In this document: positions 1 through 9,683 of the stretch, in pieces
Layout of the letters: the number at the start of each line of letters is the position of its first letter
Numbering within the stretch: position 1 is the stretch's first letter
DNA from: an uncultured virus (IMG/VR IMGVR_UViG_3300029947_000227)
Lineage: Duplodnaviria > Heunggongvirae > Uroviricota > Caudoviricetes
Length of the DNA: 64,000 bases
Virus record (IMG/VR): IMGVR_UViG_3300029947_000227
Strand: one strand, 5' to 3'
Translations under genes and position numbers: made by a program
The notes under the pieces: model-generated
Seen by the model: only the letters and a program-made list of their open reading frames with translations
Database searches by the model: none
Told to the model about the DNA's origin: nothing

Positions 1-170
1 CCCGTTTTTATGTACGTACCCCCTCAAAAAAACGGTAGCAGTGTAGCAGTTGGCCTCAGCCCTACGGCGAGTAGGGCCGCGCCGTTACACGGGCGTGTAG
101 CGGAACGGTAGCAGTGTAGCAGTTTTTCAACAGACTGACCCCCATGTGTTCGTTTAAAAGCCGTTTTAGA
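1..170. repeat. Repeat family A, copy 1 (partial, cut by window edge): GGTAGCAGTGTAGCAGT-containing palindromic element
   Basis: 1-123 nearly identical to 23774-23896; weaker similarity continues to ~170; inverted relative to the copy at ~53680-54226. Confidence 0.9.
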
Positions 171-362
171 ACACATGTTCTATTTCTTTCCGCGGGAAGG
201 CAATTCAGAGGCACTTCACAATTCGGAACGATCTGTCTCATATCATGGACGGTTGGCCGAACGGCGACCGACGACCGGAATCGCCGCCGATCAGCCCTCA
301 TACGCCCGAATATTGCAGATTTGCAATTATGCAACCGTGCCGACACGCCGCCGCCGACCGGT

Positions 363-370
363 GACGCATG
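363..370 (+). promoter_or_regulatory. GACGCATG motif, putative extended -10 promoter (first of ~35 copies)
   Basis: GCAT ends exactly 11 nt before ATG 381, no SD; same geometry at many other genes. Confidence 0.7.
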
Positions 371-380
371 ACCGGCGTCC

Positions 381-791
381 ATGAGAATCATCGAGGACAC
401 CAACACCGATCCGATCGCGCCGATCCGTTGGGCCGACTGGCGCGGGGCCATGGCCCGACTCATCGCCCGTCATCGCGGCGCCGCGGCCGGCGAGGCGCTG
501 GCGGACCGGCTCAACGGATCACAGCCCGACCCCAGTGGGCTCGCGGACTGGGCGGACGCCAACTGCCTGTACGTCGTCTCGCGACTCGACGCCATGGCGG
601 CCGGCTCGCGCCGACTGGACGGCCCGTGGCGCCTGAGCGCGCACGGCGAGCCGTACCGTCTGATCGCCGCGGGGCCCGAGTCCGACCCGGAGGGATGGGA
701 GGAGACCTTGCGCCGCGTGGGACGGCCGGCCACCCTCTTCATCACATACGGCACCCCCATCCCCACCCGCCGCATCACCGCCGAGGCATAA
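381..791 (+). CDS. hypothetical protein (136 aa), probably leaderless
   Basis: ORF with GC-rich third positions; motif 11 nt upstream; stop 2 nt before next ATG. Confidence 0.75.
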   Translation: MRIIEDTNTDPIAPIRWADWRGAMARLIARHRGAAAGEALADRLNGSQPDPSGLADWADANCLYVVSRLDAMAAGSRRLDGPWRLSAHGEPYRLIAAGPESDPEGWEETLRRVGRPATLFITYGTPIPTRRITAEA

Positions 792-793
792 CC

Positions 794-3559
794 ATGACCC
801 AAACCCTCTCCGACGCACACCGCAGATTCCTCGTCGAACACGCCATCGATCCGGACATCCTCGCCGAACGCGGCGCCTACACCGCCCAAACCCACAACGA
901 ACTACCCCCACGCATCAACTGCCCGACCCCGGCCCTGTGCTTCCCCCTGGACCGTCTGGACGGTTCGCGCGTCTGGCAGGCCCGCCCCGACCGGCCGCTG
1001 ACCAACGCCGCCGGACGGACCCTCAAATACGTCTCCCAGTGGGGCGAGTCCGGCGTGATCTTCAACGCGTCCGGCCGGAACCGCTGGAAGACGGCCGACA
1101 CGATCCTGTTGACCGAGGGCACCAAGCAGAGCTTCTGCGCCGCCGAATACGCGCCCGACGGCGTGGCCGTCGTGGGCCTGCTCGGCTGCTCGAACTGGAC
1201 GACCGGCGGCAACCCCGCGGCCGGGATCAACGACCTCATCCGCTCCAAGGCGCGCCGCATCGTCGTCGCCTTCGACGCGGACATCCGCACCAACCCGCAC
1301 GTCTGGCGCTCCGCCGCCCTGCTGGGCCGGACCATCGAATCCGCCTCGGAAACCCTGCGCCCCGGACGCCCCCTGGAAGTGCTGTTCAGCACCGTCGCCA
1401 ACGACAAGGGCACCAAGAAAGCCGACATCGACGGCATCCTCGGCACATACACGCCGGCCGAACGGCGCCGCGAAATCAAACGCATCGTCGACGAGGCCGC
1501 GCACCTGCCCGCCTGGGGCAAGGACTCGGACCTGCCGGTGATCGTCCTGCCCGACATGGGACTGACCCTGGCGAACGGCGAGAACGCGGAGCCGCCCTCC
1601 CACATCCCCACGGTCCCGCCCGACGGGGTGGTCATGAACGCCGCCCTGTCGATCGACACCGCCTACCAGTGGATCGCCGACCCGCGCCACCCGGAGCGGC
1701 GCCACCCGGACACCACGCTCGACCTCGACCTGTCGATCTGGCGGTCCGGCCTGCCACCCGAACACCACCTGCTGCGCGGCGAGACATGGACCACCGTCCA
1801 GGACCTCGGCTCCCTCACCCTCAAAGGCTCGGGGCCGGCGGGCCTGACGGTCGTACCACCCGCCAAACCGCTCCTCAAAACCGCGATCCTCGAATCCATG
1901 CGCCGCCGCGCCGACACCGCCCGACTCGTCTACCAAACCCCCCGCACCGGCTGGCAGCGGCACCCCGAAACCGGCCAATGGATGTGGGCGTGCCCCCAAG
2001 GCGCCATCGGCGCCGACGGCTGGGACCGCGACTTCCGCGCCAAAGTCAACGACGTCGTCGGCCGCGTCCACCTGTCATGGCCCGACGAGGCGTCGGACAA
2101 GGAGGCGGCCGAGGCGCTGGTCATGCTCACCGCCGGCCTGCGCCACCTGTTCGCCGAACCCGTCCGCGCCGACGCCTGCCTCGCCGGCTACGCGCTCAGC
2201 TTCCTACCCATCCCACCCAAATGCGCGATCGCCCTGTTCGGCGAATTCAGCAAAGGCAAATCAACCATCATGCAAACCTACTCGGCGCTCCTCAGCCCCG
2301 ACTGGACCCCCAGGACCGGCACCACCGAATTCAACTTCTACGCCACCGAAAACGCCGTCGGCAAATCCATGGACTACGTCGACCACATGCCCGTCTTCTA
2401 CGACGACATGAAAAAACCCACATCCAAAACGGAACGGCAGCGTTTGAACGACACGTTCGACGCGATCGTACGCCGCTGCCACGGCTCCCAGGCCAAAATG
2501 CGCGCCGGCGTCGACCCCGACCGGGGCGTCATCCTCGCCGACCGCGACGACAGCCAACCCCTCGCCTTCATCGTCGGCGAACGCATCCCCTCCGACGCGG
2601 CCGCATCAGCCCTGTCCCGCGTCTTCCAAATCCCCATGCGCTCCGAACTGTCCCTCGCAACAGGCGATACGCTCAACACGCTCCTGTGGGAGGACGACGA
2701 ACCCGGCTCCGCCGCCATCCGCCTCTTCAAAGACCGCTGGCTCCAATCCCAAGGCGGCAGCCACCCGTATGACAAAGACGGCAGCAACACCCTGGAAGGC
2801 TTGTACCGGCTCACCGGATGCGCCGCATGGCGGCGCATCACACCCGCATGGGTCGAATACCTCGCATGCTGCCGCACCCAAACCTGGCCCCTCTCCGACG
2901 AATCCAACACACGCGACTTCCAAACCTATCTCGAAGACCGGCGCGTAGCCTGGTCACGGGCCGTCACCTCGGACCCCCGCTGGCTCGAAGCCAAACGCCA
3001 GGGCGTCCGCCTGTCAACCCGCGAGGCGATCATCGTGGCCTCCATGATGACCGGACTCGAACTGTGGATGCGATTCGCCACCGCATACACGGCCGAACAC
3101 ACGCCCGGACCCCTCGCCGACGAAGTATCCCACATGGCCGGCCAACTCGACACGATCTTCGGCACACTCATCGAAACCCATTTGGCCGGAGCACGCGAAA
3201 ACGAGGGAGACGACACCGGGGAGACGAACATCCTCGACGTGCTGCGCAGCGCCGTCGCATCCGAACGCGCCCGCATCATCGGCCTCGGCTCCGTCCGCGA
3301 ACGCGACTACCGTCCCGTCATCGGCCAGGTCACGACCGTCGACGACGACACCGAAATCGTCGCCATCGACCCGAAAACCGTGATCCGCGAACTCCGACTC
3401 GACATGACCGACCGCGACCTCGTCGACGCATTGGCACCCATAGCGGTCCGCGACAAAGCCGGCCGCGCACGCCGCCCGATTCGCATCAACAAAGTATCCA
3501 CACGGGCCGTGTGCATACCGAAGAACCTGTGGGGGGAGGACGACGATGAAGGATTCTAA
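794..3559 (+). CDS. primase-helicase replication protein (Toprim/DUF3854-like N-terminus + P-loop helicase)
   Basis: Toprim motifs LTEGTKQ and VVAFDAD; Walker A GEFSKGKST; Walker B VFYDD; start MTQTL at 794 chosen over 368. Confidence 0.8.
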   Translation: MTQTLSDAHRRFLVEHAIDPDILAERGAYTAQTHNELPPRINCPTPALCFPLDRLDGSRVWQARPDRPLTNAAGRTLKYVSQWGESGVIFNASGRNRWKTADTILLTEGTKQSFCAAEYAPDGVAVVGLLGCSNWTTGGNPAAGINDLIRSKARRIVVAFDADIRTNPHVWRSAALLGRTIESASETLRPGRPLEVLFSTVANDKGTKKADIDGILGTYTPAERRREIKRIVDEAAHLPAWGKDSDLPVIVLPDMGLTLANGENAEPPSHIPTVPPDGVVMNAALSIDTAYQWIADPRHPERRHPDTTLDLDLSIWRSGLPPEHHLLRGETWTTVQDLGSLTLKGSGPAGLTVVPPAKPLLKTAILESMRRRADTARLVYQTPRTGWQRHPETGQWMWACPQGAIGADGWDRDFRAKVNDVVGRVHLSWPDEASDKEAAEALVMLTAGLRHLFAEPVRADACLAGYALSFLPIPPKCAIALFGEFSKGKSTIMQTYSALLSPDWTPRTGTTEFNFYATENAVGKSMDYVDHMPVFYDDMKKPTSKTERQRLNDTFDAIVRRCHGSQAKMRAGVDPDRGVILADRDDSQPLAFIVGERIPSDAAASALSRVFQIPMRSELSLATGDTLNTLLWEDDEPGSAAIRLFKDRWLQSQGGSHPYDKDGSNTLEGLYRLTGCAAWRRITPAWVEYLACCRTQTWPLSDESNTRDFQTYLEDRRVAWSRAVTSDPRWLEAKRQGVRLSTREAIIVASMMTGLELWMRFATAYTAEHTPGPLADEVSHMAGQLDTIFGTLIETHLAGARENEGDDTGETNILDVLRSAVASERARIIGLGSVRERDYRPVIGQVTTVDDDTEIVAIDPKTVIRELRLDMTDRDLVDALAPIAVRDKAGRARRPIRINKVSTRAVCIPKNLWGEDDDEGF

Positions 3560-5297
3560 CCCCCAACTGCCCGACACACCCGACGCGCCACTCCTGGACA
3601 AACTCGGCTGGTCGAAATTCCTCCTCATCCTGTCCGACTGGGCGAAAACCTGCCGCACCCGGGGCATCCTCCTCGGACCCGGACGCGGTTCCGCGGCCGC
3701 ATCCCCAACCCTCCGCGCCCTCGGCGTCGTCTGCCCCACGCTCCCCGAAACCCCCTGGCAGCGGTTCCTGTCCGGAGGCCGCATCCCCGACATCGACATC
3801 GACGTGGCGTCCAGCCAACGCGCCGACGCGGTCCGCGCGTTCGAAACATGCCTCCCGTCCGGCTGGCGGATGATCACCGGCCTCAACAAGGACGGACGAC
3901 CCGGCACCGGCCTGTTCGCCGTCCCCATGGACGACATGCCCGACACGCGCGACGCACACCTCATGGAACAGGCCGGCCTGTTGAAAATCGACCTGCTACC
4001 CAGTCGTGAACTCGACGCGATCGCCCTCGGCCGCGCCATCACCGCCCACCTGGACGCGTCCATCGGATTCTCCGACTGGACCGGCCAGCCCCGCCATTTG
4101 TTCGTCCCCCGCGCGGGCGTCGACTGGACGCCCCGAGCCCGACCCGAAGACTGGCGAATCGTCAACCAATGCCCCGCCGCGTTCTTCCAACTCACCTCCG
4201 GACGTCTACCCAAACCGATCCGGTCATACGAGGATGCGATGGACGCGATCGCACTCATCCGCCCCGACGCGCACGGCGACCTCATCTACCAGGAGGACGC
4301 CATGGCCCGGCTCGTCGACGCGCATGTCGCCGACTGGGACACCGCCAACCGTTTGCGCCACATGGATCGGGACGAGGCCGAGCCGATCATCAAGGCGGCC
4401 GACAAGGCCGAAGTGGGGGAGGCGGCCCGGTTCCTCAACGGCGGATACGGGTTCTGCCGCGCCCACGCCGCCGCCTACGCGGCCATCCTCGACATGGAGG
4501 CGCGCATCGCCACCGCCAACCCGTACGCGTGGGCGTCCGGCCTGTACGACATCAACCCCGAACGATTCCGCGACGGGCGACTCGACAAGCTCACCGGACC
4601 ATGGACGCCCGACCCCGACCTCGGCGCATTCTTCGGCGGGGTCGCCCACCTGAAAGGCGTCGGGGCGGTCCAGGCGCGCGCCATGCGCATGGGCGAGGCC
4701 GTCAAACTCACCCCCCGCCCCCGAGGCTTCAGGGGACTGGTCCGCGAAATCGCGATCCACGGCACCACGCGCGGCGACAAGCTCTCCGAACGCGTACGAA
4801 ACGTCACCGTCGACCAAACCCCCATCCCCATCTCACAAGCCGCCCTAGAGGCGGCCGGCGCCGCCGACCCGGCTTTAAGCCCCGACCCGAAGGAACGCTG
4901 GACGGCCGGACAACGCGCCAGGGTCGCGAAGGCTTTGGGCGGGGACCCGGGCGACGTGTCGCCGATCATCGGGCCAGGGGAGTGGGCGGCGCTCGACCGC
5001 ATCGCCGACGGCGCGCCCCGCCCCGGCGACGTCGGCATCGCCCGCGCCGCCTGGGGCGTGCCCGACAATCCGCCCGCCCCGCGCGCGCTGAACGCCGAAG
5101 GCGTGGCCCGGCTGAGAAAACTCATGCCCTCCCTTGAGGCCGTCAAACTCAAAACGCTTCTGGAGGACGAGGCGGACGGCAGACTCGACCGGCGCCAGGC
5201 CTCCCAACTGGCCGCCCTGCGGCGCATCGCGAATGGCGAAACCCCACCCAAGGCCGTGCTCGACAAGCTCGAGGCGATCTACGGCAACCCCGTCTGA
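3546..5297 (+). CDS. dnaE: DNA polymerase III alpha (family C)-like protein, short, without PHP domain
   Basis: GPGRGSAAAS, PDIDID, KIDLL, IYQED, GYGFCRAHAAAYA motifs; overlaps primase stop. Confidence 0.8.
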   Translation: MKDSNPQLPDTPDAPLLDKLGWSKFLLILSDWAKTCRTRGILLGPGRGSAAASPTLRALGVVCPTLPETPWQRFLSGGRIPDIDIDVASSQRADAVRAFETCLPSGWRMITGLNKDGRPGTGLFAVPMDDMPDTRDAHLMEQAGLLKIDLLPSRELDAIALGRAITAHLDASIGFSDWTGQPRHLFVPRAGVDWTPRARPEDWRIVNQCPAAFFQLTSGRLPKPIRSYEDAMDAIALIRPDAHGDLIYQEDAMARLVDAHVADWDTANRLRHMDRDEAEPIIKAADKAEVGEAARFLNGGYGFCRAHAAAYAAILDMEARIATANPYAWASGLYDINPERFRDGRLDKLTGPWTPDPDLGAFFGGVAHLKGVGAVQARAMRMGEAVKLTPRPRGFRGLVREIAIHGTTRGDKLSERVRNVTVDQTPIPISQAALEAAGAADPALSPDPKERWTAGQRARVAKALGGDPGDVSPIIGPGEWAALDRIADGAPRPGDVGIARAAWGVPDNPPAPRALNAEGVARLRKLMPSLEAVKLKTLLEDEADGRLDRRQASQLAALRRIANGETPPKAVLDKLEAIYGNPV

Positions 5298-5341
5298 CGG
5301 ACGCAAGATAACGGTGACGTCGCAACCGCAAAAAGCCACCC

Positions 5342-5605
5342 ATGCTTGATCTCACCCTCGCGCCGGACGACGGTCGCATCACCGTCGAACCCGCTTTGGA
5401 ACCCGACGGGCCGGGCCGGCTCAAACTCGTCGACAACATCACCGGCGACCGGCTCCTGCTCGACTGGTGTCGACCCATGCCGGTTACACAGGGGGGGCGC
5501 AAGACCGCGGAGGGGACAATGGGTCTCCTCCGCGGCGACTCCGGTGAAACGCGAACCAAGGTGGATAGGAGAAAGTCTCCAAACGCCGGAATCCCCCGCC
5601 TTTAG
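5342..5605 (+). CDS. small hypothetical protein, C-terminus probably derived from an inserted IS200/IS605 end
   Basis: ORF runs into the IS605-like right-end sequence. Confidence 0.35.
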   Translation: MLDLTLAPDDGRITVEPALEPDGPGRLKLVDNITGDRLLLDWCRPMPVTQGGRKTAEGTMGLLRGDSGETRTKVDRRKSPNAGIPRL

Positions 5606-5623
5606 GCGGGGGGAGGATGTCAA
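5478..5623 (+). mobile_element. IS200/IS605-family right-end remnant (omegaRNA/reRNA-like scaffold, no tnpA/tnpB)
   Basis: ends GGAATCCCCCGCCTTTAGGCGGGGGGAGGATGTCAA (subterminal hairpin + TCAA); upstream GCAAGACC...GTGAAACGCGAACC segments with hairpins. Confidence 0.7.
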
Positions 5624-5641
5624 CGCGCATAGTTTCAAACC

Positions 5642-5932
5642 ATGAGCAGTCTCGACATCGCATCAAACGGATGGACCGCCTTCTGGTCCACCATGTCCGA
5701 ACCCTGGGTCATGGGCATGGTCATGTTCGTCCTCGTCCTCTTCCTCCTCATCGGCTTCGTCCTCCGCTCCACCTACCGCATGGTCAGCATCGCCATGCGC
5801 GTACTGGCCGCACTCGTCGCCACCGTCCTCGTCCTGAGCTTCGCCAACAACATCGGCCTGCCGATCGTCGAATGGCTGCGCACCCTCATCAACATGGCCC
5901 TGACCGCCATGAACGCGCCCATCCTCCTCTAA
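5642..5932 (+). CDS. small membrane protein (2-3 TM)
   Basis: hydrophobic 96 aa ORF; GCGCATAG motif 11 nt upstream. Confidence 0.75.
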   Translation: MSSLDIASNGWTAFWSTMSEPWVMGMVMFVLVLFLLIGFVLRSTYRMVSIAMRVLAALVATVLVLSFANNIGLPIVEWLRTLINMALTAMNAPILL

Positions 5933-5982
5933 CGAGACGCATAACCCGCAACATCCACCCAAACCCCTCCAAAGGAAACAGC

Positions 5983-6903
5983 ATGGCATCACGCAACAGC
6001 GGCGGCCCCCTCAAAACCCTCCTCAACACCATCGCCGGCGGCGTCATGGTCTGCATCCTCCTCATCGTCCTCGTCGCCACCGGCGGATGGAACAGCATCG
6101 CCGACATCTTCGGCCTGCCCAACTCCACCGACAGCAGTGTCGTCCAAGGCGCCGGCGGCCAATGGGACTCCAACAAACCCCACCTGCTCGACTGGCTCAC
6201 CAAACGAACCGACACCAGCGCGCCATCCACCACACCCACCACCGGCACCCCATCCACCGGCACCCCATCCACCGGCACCCCATCCACCGGCACCCCATCC
6301 ACCAACACGCCCGACCCGCACGCCGACTACCAAACCGCCCTCACAAACGCACATGCCCTCAAAGTCGCCGACGCCCGACCCGCCGGCTACGACCGCGAAA
6401 AATACTTCGGCGGCTGGGCCAACAGCCCCACCCTGTGCGGCACCGCCACCACCCGCGACCAAATCCTCGCCCGCGACCTCACCAACACCACATCCGACAG
6501 CCAATGCCGCGTCACCTCCGGCACCCTCAACGACCCATACACCGGCAAAACCATCCAATTCAAACGCGGCGCCACCACCAGCCAAGCCGTCCAAATCGAC
6601 CACGTCGTCGCCCTCCTGGACGCATGGTCGTCCGGCGCGCGCGACTGGACCCAGGAACAACGCGAAACCTACGCCAACGACCCCGACGTACTCCTCGCAT
6701 CAGACGGAACCGCCAACCAAGCCAAAGGCGACGGCGCCGGCATCAAGGACGGCACCGGACGAATCTGGCTGCCCGACAACCAATCCTACCGGTGCGACTA
6801 CTGGGCCAAACGCGTCACAATCAAAACAAAATACGGTCTGACCGTCACCCCATCAGAACAAACCCAAACCATCGACGCGCTCACCGCATGCGCCGCCAAC
6901 TGA
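5983..6903 (+). CDS. membrane-anchored/secreted HNH-type nuclease (DUF1524-like)
   Basis: N-terminal TM; YDREKYFGGW, TRDQILARDL, DPYTG, IDHVVAL, YANDP, NQAKGD motifs; SD AAGGA. Confidence 0.85.
   Translation: MASRNSGGPLKTLLNTIAGGVMVCILLIVLVATGGWNSIADIFGLPNSTDSSVVQGAGGQWDSNKPHLLDWLTKRTDTSAPSTTPTTGTPSTGTPSTGTPSTGTPSTNTPDPHADYQTALTNAHALKVADARPAGYDREKYFGGWANSPTLCGTATTRDQILARDLTNTTSDSQCRVTSGTLNDPYTGKTIQFKRGATTSQAVQIDHVVALLDAWSSGARDWTQEQRETYANDPDVLLASDGTANQAKGDGAGIKDGTGRIWLPDNQSYRCDYWAKRVTIKTKYGLTVTPSEQTQTIDALTACAAN
6241..6303 (+). repeat. 15-bp coding tandem repeat ACCGGCACCCCATCC x4 (TGTPS linker)
   Basis: directly visible. Confidence 0.95.
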
Positions 6904-6918
6904 CGCATGGGAAACCAC

Positions 6919-7128
6919 ATGAAAAAAACCTACCGTCGCAACACCACCGCCCACACCACGATCAACGGGCACGCCGTCACCATCCACCTCACCCAATTCA
7001 AATACCGGATGGCAACCCTCGAATTCCGATACCGCCGCCACCTCTTCCGCTGCATACGCAAAACCGGCACCGACAACCGGATCGAACTCTACCCCCACGT
7101 CACACTCACACCCGCCGACTTCACATAA
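6919..7128 (+). CDS. small basic hypothetical protein
   Basis: TGACGCATG motif 10 nt upstream of ATG 6919. Confidence 0.6.
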   Translation: MKKTYRRNTTAHTTINGHAVTIHLTQFKYRMATLEFRYRRHLFRCIRKTGTDNRIELYPHVTLTPADFT

Positions 7129-7162
7129 GACAACACCCCCCAAACAGGCGTCCGCCGTCCGA

Positions 7163-7627
7163 TCAGCCCAACGTCCCCGCCCACTCGGACGCCAACGCCA
7201 CCGGATCATCGCATTTGACAAATCCCGAACCAAACCGCCCCGAACGCGTCCGCCACTCAAGATCCACCCCACCATCCACCAGCTCATAACGAGTCACCGT
7301 CAACGCATCCGCATACCCCGCCGCATGCGCCACATCCGCCATCAAATCACGCGACACGCCCCGCACCGCGCGCGCACGAACACCAGCCGCCACACGCCGA
7401 CGAACCTCAACGGCCAACCCAACCGCATCCACCCCCGCCGCCGACCCGTCACACGCCTCCCACGACCCATCAACCAACACAGCCGCATCCACAACACGCG
7501 AAACATGTACGACAAACAACCCACCCGACGCGAACGACGGACGAATTTGCCAACACACGCCCAAAACATCCACGGACGCGACGAAAACATCACGATAACA
7601 GGCAATCAAACTCTTGGTATCAGTCAT
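7163..7627 (-). CDS. hypothetical protein (MTDTKSLIAC...)
   Basis: GACGCATG on minus strand 11 nt before ATG 7627. Confidence 0.6.
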   Translation of the reverse strand: MTDTKSLIACYRDVFVASVDVLGVCWQIRPSFASGGLFVVHVSRVVDAAVLVDGSWEACDGSAAGVDAVGLAVEVRRRVAAGVRARAVRGVSRDLMADVAHAAGYADALTVTRYELVDGGVDLEWRTRSGRFGSGFVKCDDPVALASEWAGTLG

Positions 7628-7815
7628 ATGCGCACACCATGCGTCACCCACCGACGGACGCATAGAACCCACCGGACGCGTCAACGCCACCCCTGTTCGG
7701 CGGGGTTTCTCTTCCCCCACCGAACTCAAAAAAAGGGGAACGAAGACGGGAGAGCGGGAGGTTTTTTTCACCTTCCTCCTGCCAAGACCCCGCCTGCGCG
7801 ACCACACGGAAACCA

Positions 7816-7849
7816 CTCCTAGTGGACGCATAGACGCGTCCACTAGGAG
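7816..7849 (+). promoter_or_regulatory. 14-bp perfect hairpin overlapping a promoter motif (arm/loop) and the SD of the CHAP gene (3' arm)
   Basis: CTCCTAGTGGACGC-ATAGAC-GCGTCCACTAGGAG. Confidence 0.7.
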
Positions 7850-7861
7850 GGTCCCGCCACT

Positions 7862-8581
7862 TTGAAACACGCAACCGTCACACGCCGCCAACTACGCCGC
7901 CGCCAACACCACCAACGCCGCATCGCACTCATCCTGCTCGCACTCCTCGCCACCCCACTCACCACAGCCGGCGCATGGGCCGCCACCACCGAACCCGACG
8001 GCGCAGCCTTCGACACCACCACCGCCGTCACCTCATCCACCCTAGCCGGCGCTTCACGCTCCGCCACCCGCACCACCACCATCACCGGCACCGGCGACTG
8101 GGGAGGCATCGAAACCATCACCGGCGACACAACCCGCCAAGCCGCCGACAACCCCACCGTCGCCAAACTCATCACCAGCCGCGACCGCGACAGCATCCCC
8201 ACCGGCTTCAACCCCAACCACCCAACACAAGACACCGGCTCCACATACTCATACAGCCAATGCACCTGGTGGGCATACACACGCCGCCACCAACTCAACC
8301 TCCCCGTCGGATCCCACTACGGCAACGGCCACCAATGGGCAGACACCGCCCGACAACTCGGCTACTGGGTCGACAACACCCCCCGCGTCGGAGACATCAT
8401 GGTCTTCCAACGCGGACAGGACGGCGCATCACCCATCTACGGACACGTCGCCATCGTCGAACAAGTCAACCCCGACGGTTCCATCGACACATCCGAATGC
8501 GGAGCCAGCCGCCACGGCACCCCCTTCACCCGCCACTTCGACGCCACCAACGCCAGCCAACACCAATTCATCCACTACTAG
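7862..8581 (+). CDS. secreted CHAP-domain peptidoglycan hydrolase
   Basis: signal peptide; YSQCTWWA, GNGHQWA, YGHVAIVEQV, SE motifs. Confidence 0.9.
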   Translation: MKHATVTRRQLRRRQHHQRRIALILLALLATPLTTAGAWAATTEPDGAAFDTTTAVTSSTLAGASRSATRTTTITGTGDWGGIETITGDTTRQAADNPTVAKLITSRDRDSIPTGFNPNHPTQDTGSTYSYSQCTWWAYTRRHQLNLPVGSHYGNGHQWADTARQLGYWVDNTPRVGDIMVFQRGQDGASPIYGHVAIVEQVNPDGSIDTSECGASRHGTPFTRHFDATNASQHQFIHY

Positions 8582-8583
8582 CC

Positions 8584-8748
8584 ATGGAACTCGTTCTCAC
8601 CCTCACACCCGCCATCGTCTTCACCTTCATCGCCCTGTGGCTTAACCACGTCACCGACACCATGCAGCAACCCGACAACACCAACCGTCACCAGCCAGCC
8701 ACACCCGACAACGCGCGCCGGCCACGCGCAAACGACGGCGAGGCGTGA
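8584..8748 (+). CDS. small single-TM protein
   Basis: MELVLTLTPAIVFTFIALWL; starts 2 nt after CHAP stop. Confidence 0.45.
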   Translation: MELVLTLTPAIVFTFIALWLNHVTDTMQQPDNTNRHQPATPDNARRPRANDGEA

Positions 8749-9162
8749 GCCCCCGCGCGAAAAAAACAACAGGCGAAAAAAAGAAAAAACAGGAAAAAGA
8801 AAAAACTAAAAAAAGAGAAAGAAGGAACCGGCAAAAAAAGAAAAGAACCAAAAGAAGCAAAGAAGAAAACACACCAAACGACAATCATGCGAACCAACCA
8901 AACACAGAAACCAACCAAACACAGAAACCAACCAAACACAGAAACCAACCAAACACAGAAACCAACCAAACACAGAACCCAACCAAACACAGAAACCAAC
9001 CAAACACAGAAACCAACCAAACACAGAACCCAACACAACGTAACAGGCGACGCCAGTCAAAAAACACCAGAGGCCATCAACCGATGGCCGCATCAACCAA
9101 ACCAACCAAACAACAGAAAGGGGGCGGAAAACACGAACACCGACTTAATGGGAGAAAACCGG
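8724..9162. repeat. Repeat family B, copy 1: A-rich purine tract + ~8 tandem 17-mers (CCAACCAAACACAGAAA) + conserved tail
   Basis: near-identical flanks to 35616-36193, same orientation. Confidence 0.95.
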
Positions 9163-9248
9163 ATTCCATCCAACGTCCTGTCGTAGTCTTGAATCATGCT
9201 GGACGCATAGCCACATCACAGACAAACCCCATCCAAGGAGAAACGACA

Positions 9249-9683
9249 ATGACCACCTTCATCAGCCGAGCCGCCGAAGCACTCTGGGATCCCGGCAATG
9301 AGATTCACGTCAACGGGTTCGCCGTGAACTTCGAACTCGACAAGCCCGACTGGGCTCGTGCGACCGCCTCGCGTGACACGCTCGCATTGTTGGATGACGA
9401 CCGCGTCGGAGTCGTCTCGCCCAACTGGCCCCCGCATCAGAGTTTCGTCATGATCATCGGCGCGGGCCGTGTACCGCTCGAACATGTACGCTCGTTCCAA
9501 TACACGATCATCGCGCCCGACGACGACGCCGACCACGAGTACGGCACGTGCGCGTTCATCGAGGGACGCTGGGTCGTCATGGATGATCGGGGTGGATACG
9601 TCGAGTATCCCGGCCCGTCCGTCGCCGAGGCGATGCGATTGAAGGAGAAGCCGCTGCGTACCTACCCGGATCGTATCGGCTAG
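9249..9683 (+). CDS. hypothetical protein (MTTFISRAAE...)
   Basis: GACGCATAG at 9202, SD AAGGAG, ATG 9249. Confidence 0.7.
   Translation: MTTFISRAAEALWDPGNEIHVNGFAVNFELDKPDWARATASRDTLALLDDDRVGVVSPNWPPHQSFVMIIGAGRVPLEHVRSFQYTIIAPDDDADHEYGTCAFIEGRWVVMDDRGGYVEYPGPSVAEAMRLKEKPLRTYPDRIG

Noticed and set aside
368..793. ORF-track start of the primase-helicase at 368
   Set aside because: That ATG is part of the promoter motif, and the extension overlaps the better ORF 381-791
8891..9040. 17-bp repeat arrays (also 35781-36070) as CRISPR
   Set aside because: Units are contiguous with no unique spacers, and no cas genes are nearby
8688..9248. ORFs spanning repeat B (8745.., 8688.., 35451.., 35637..)
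   Set aside because: Open only because the low-complexity repeat lacks stops; the likely real gene starts at 9249 with motif and SD
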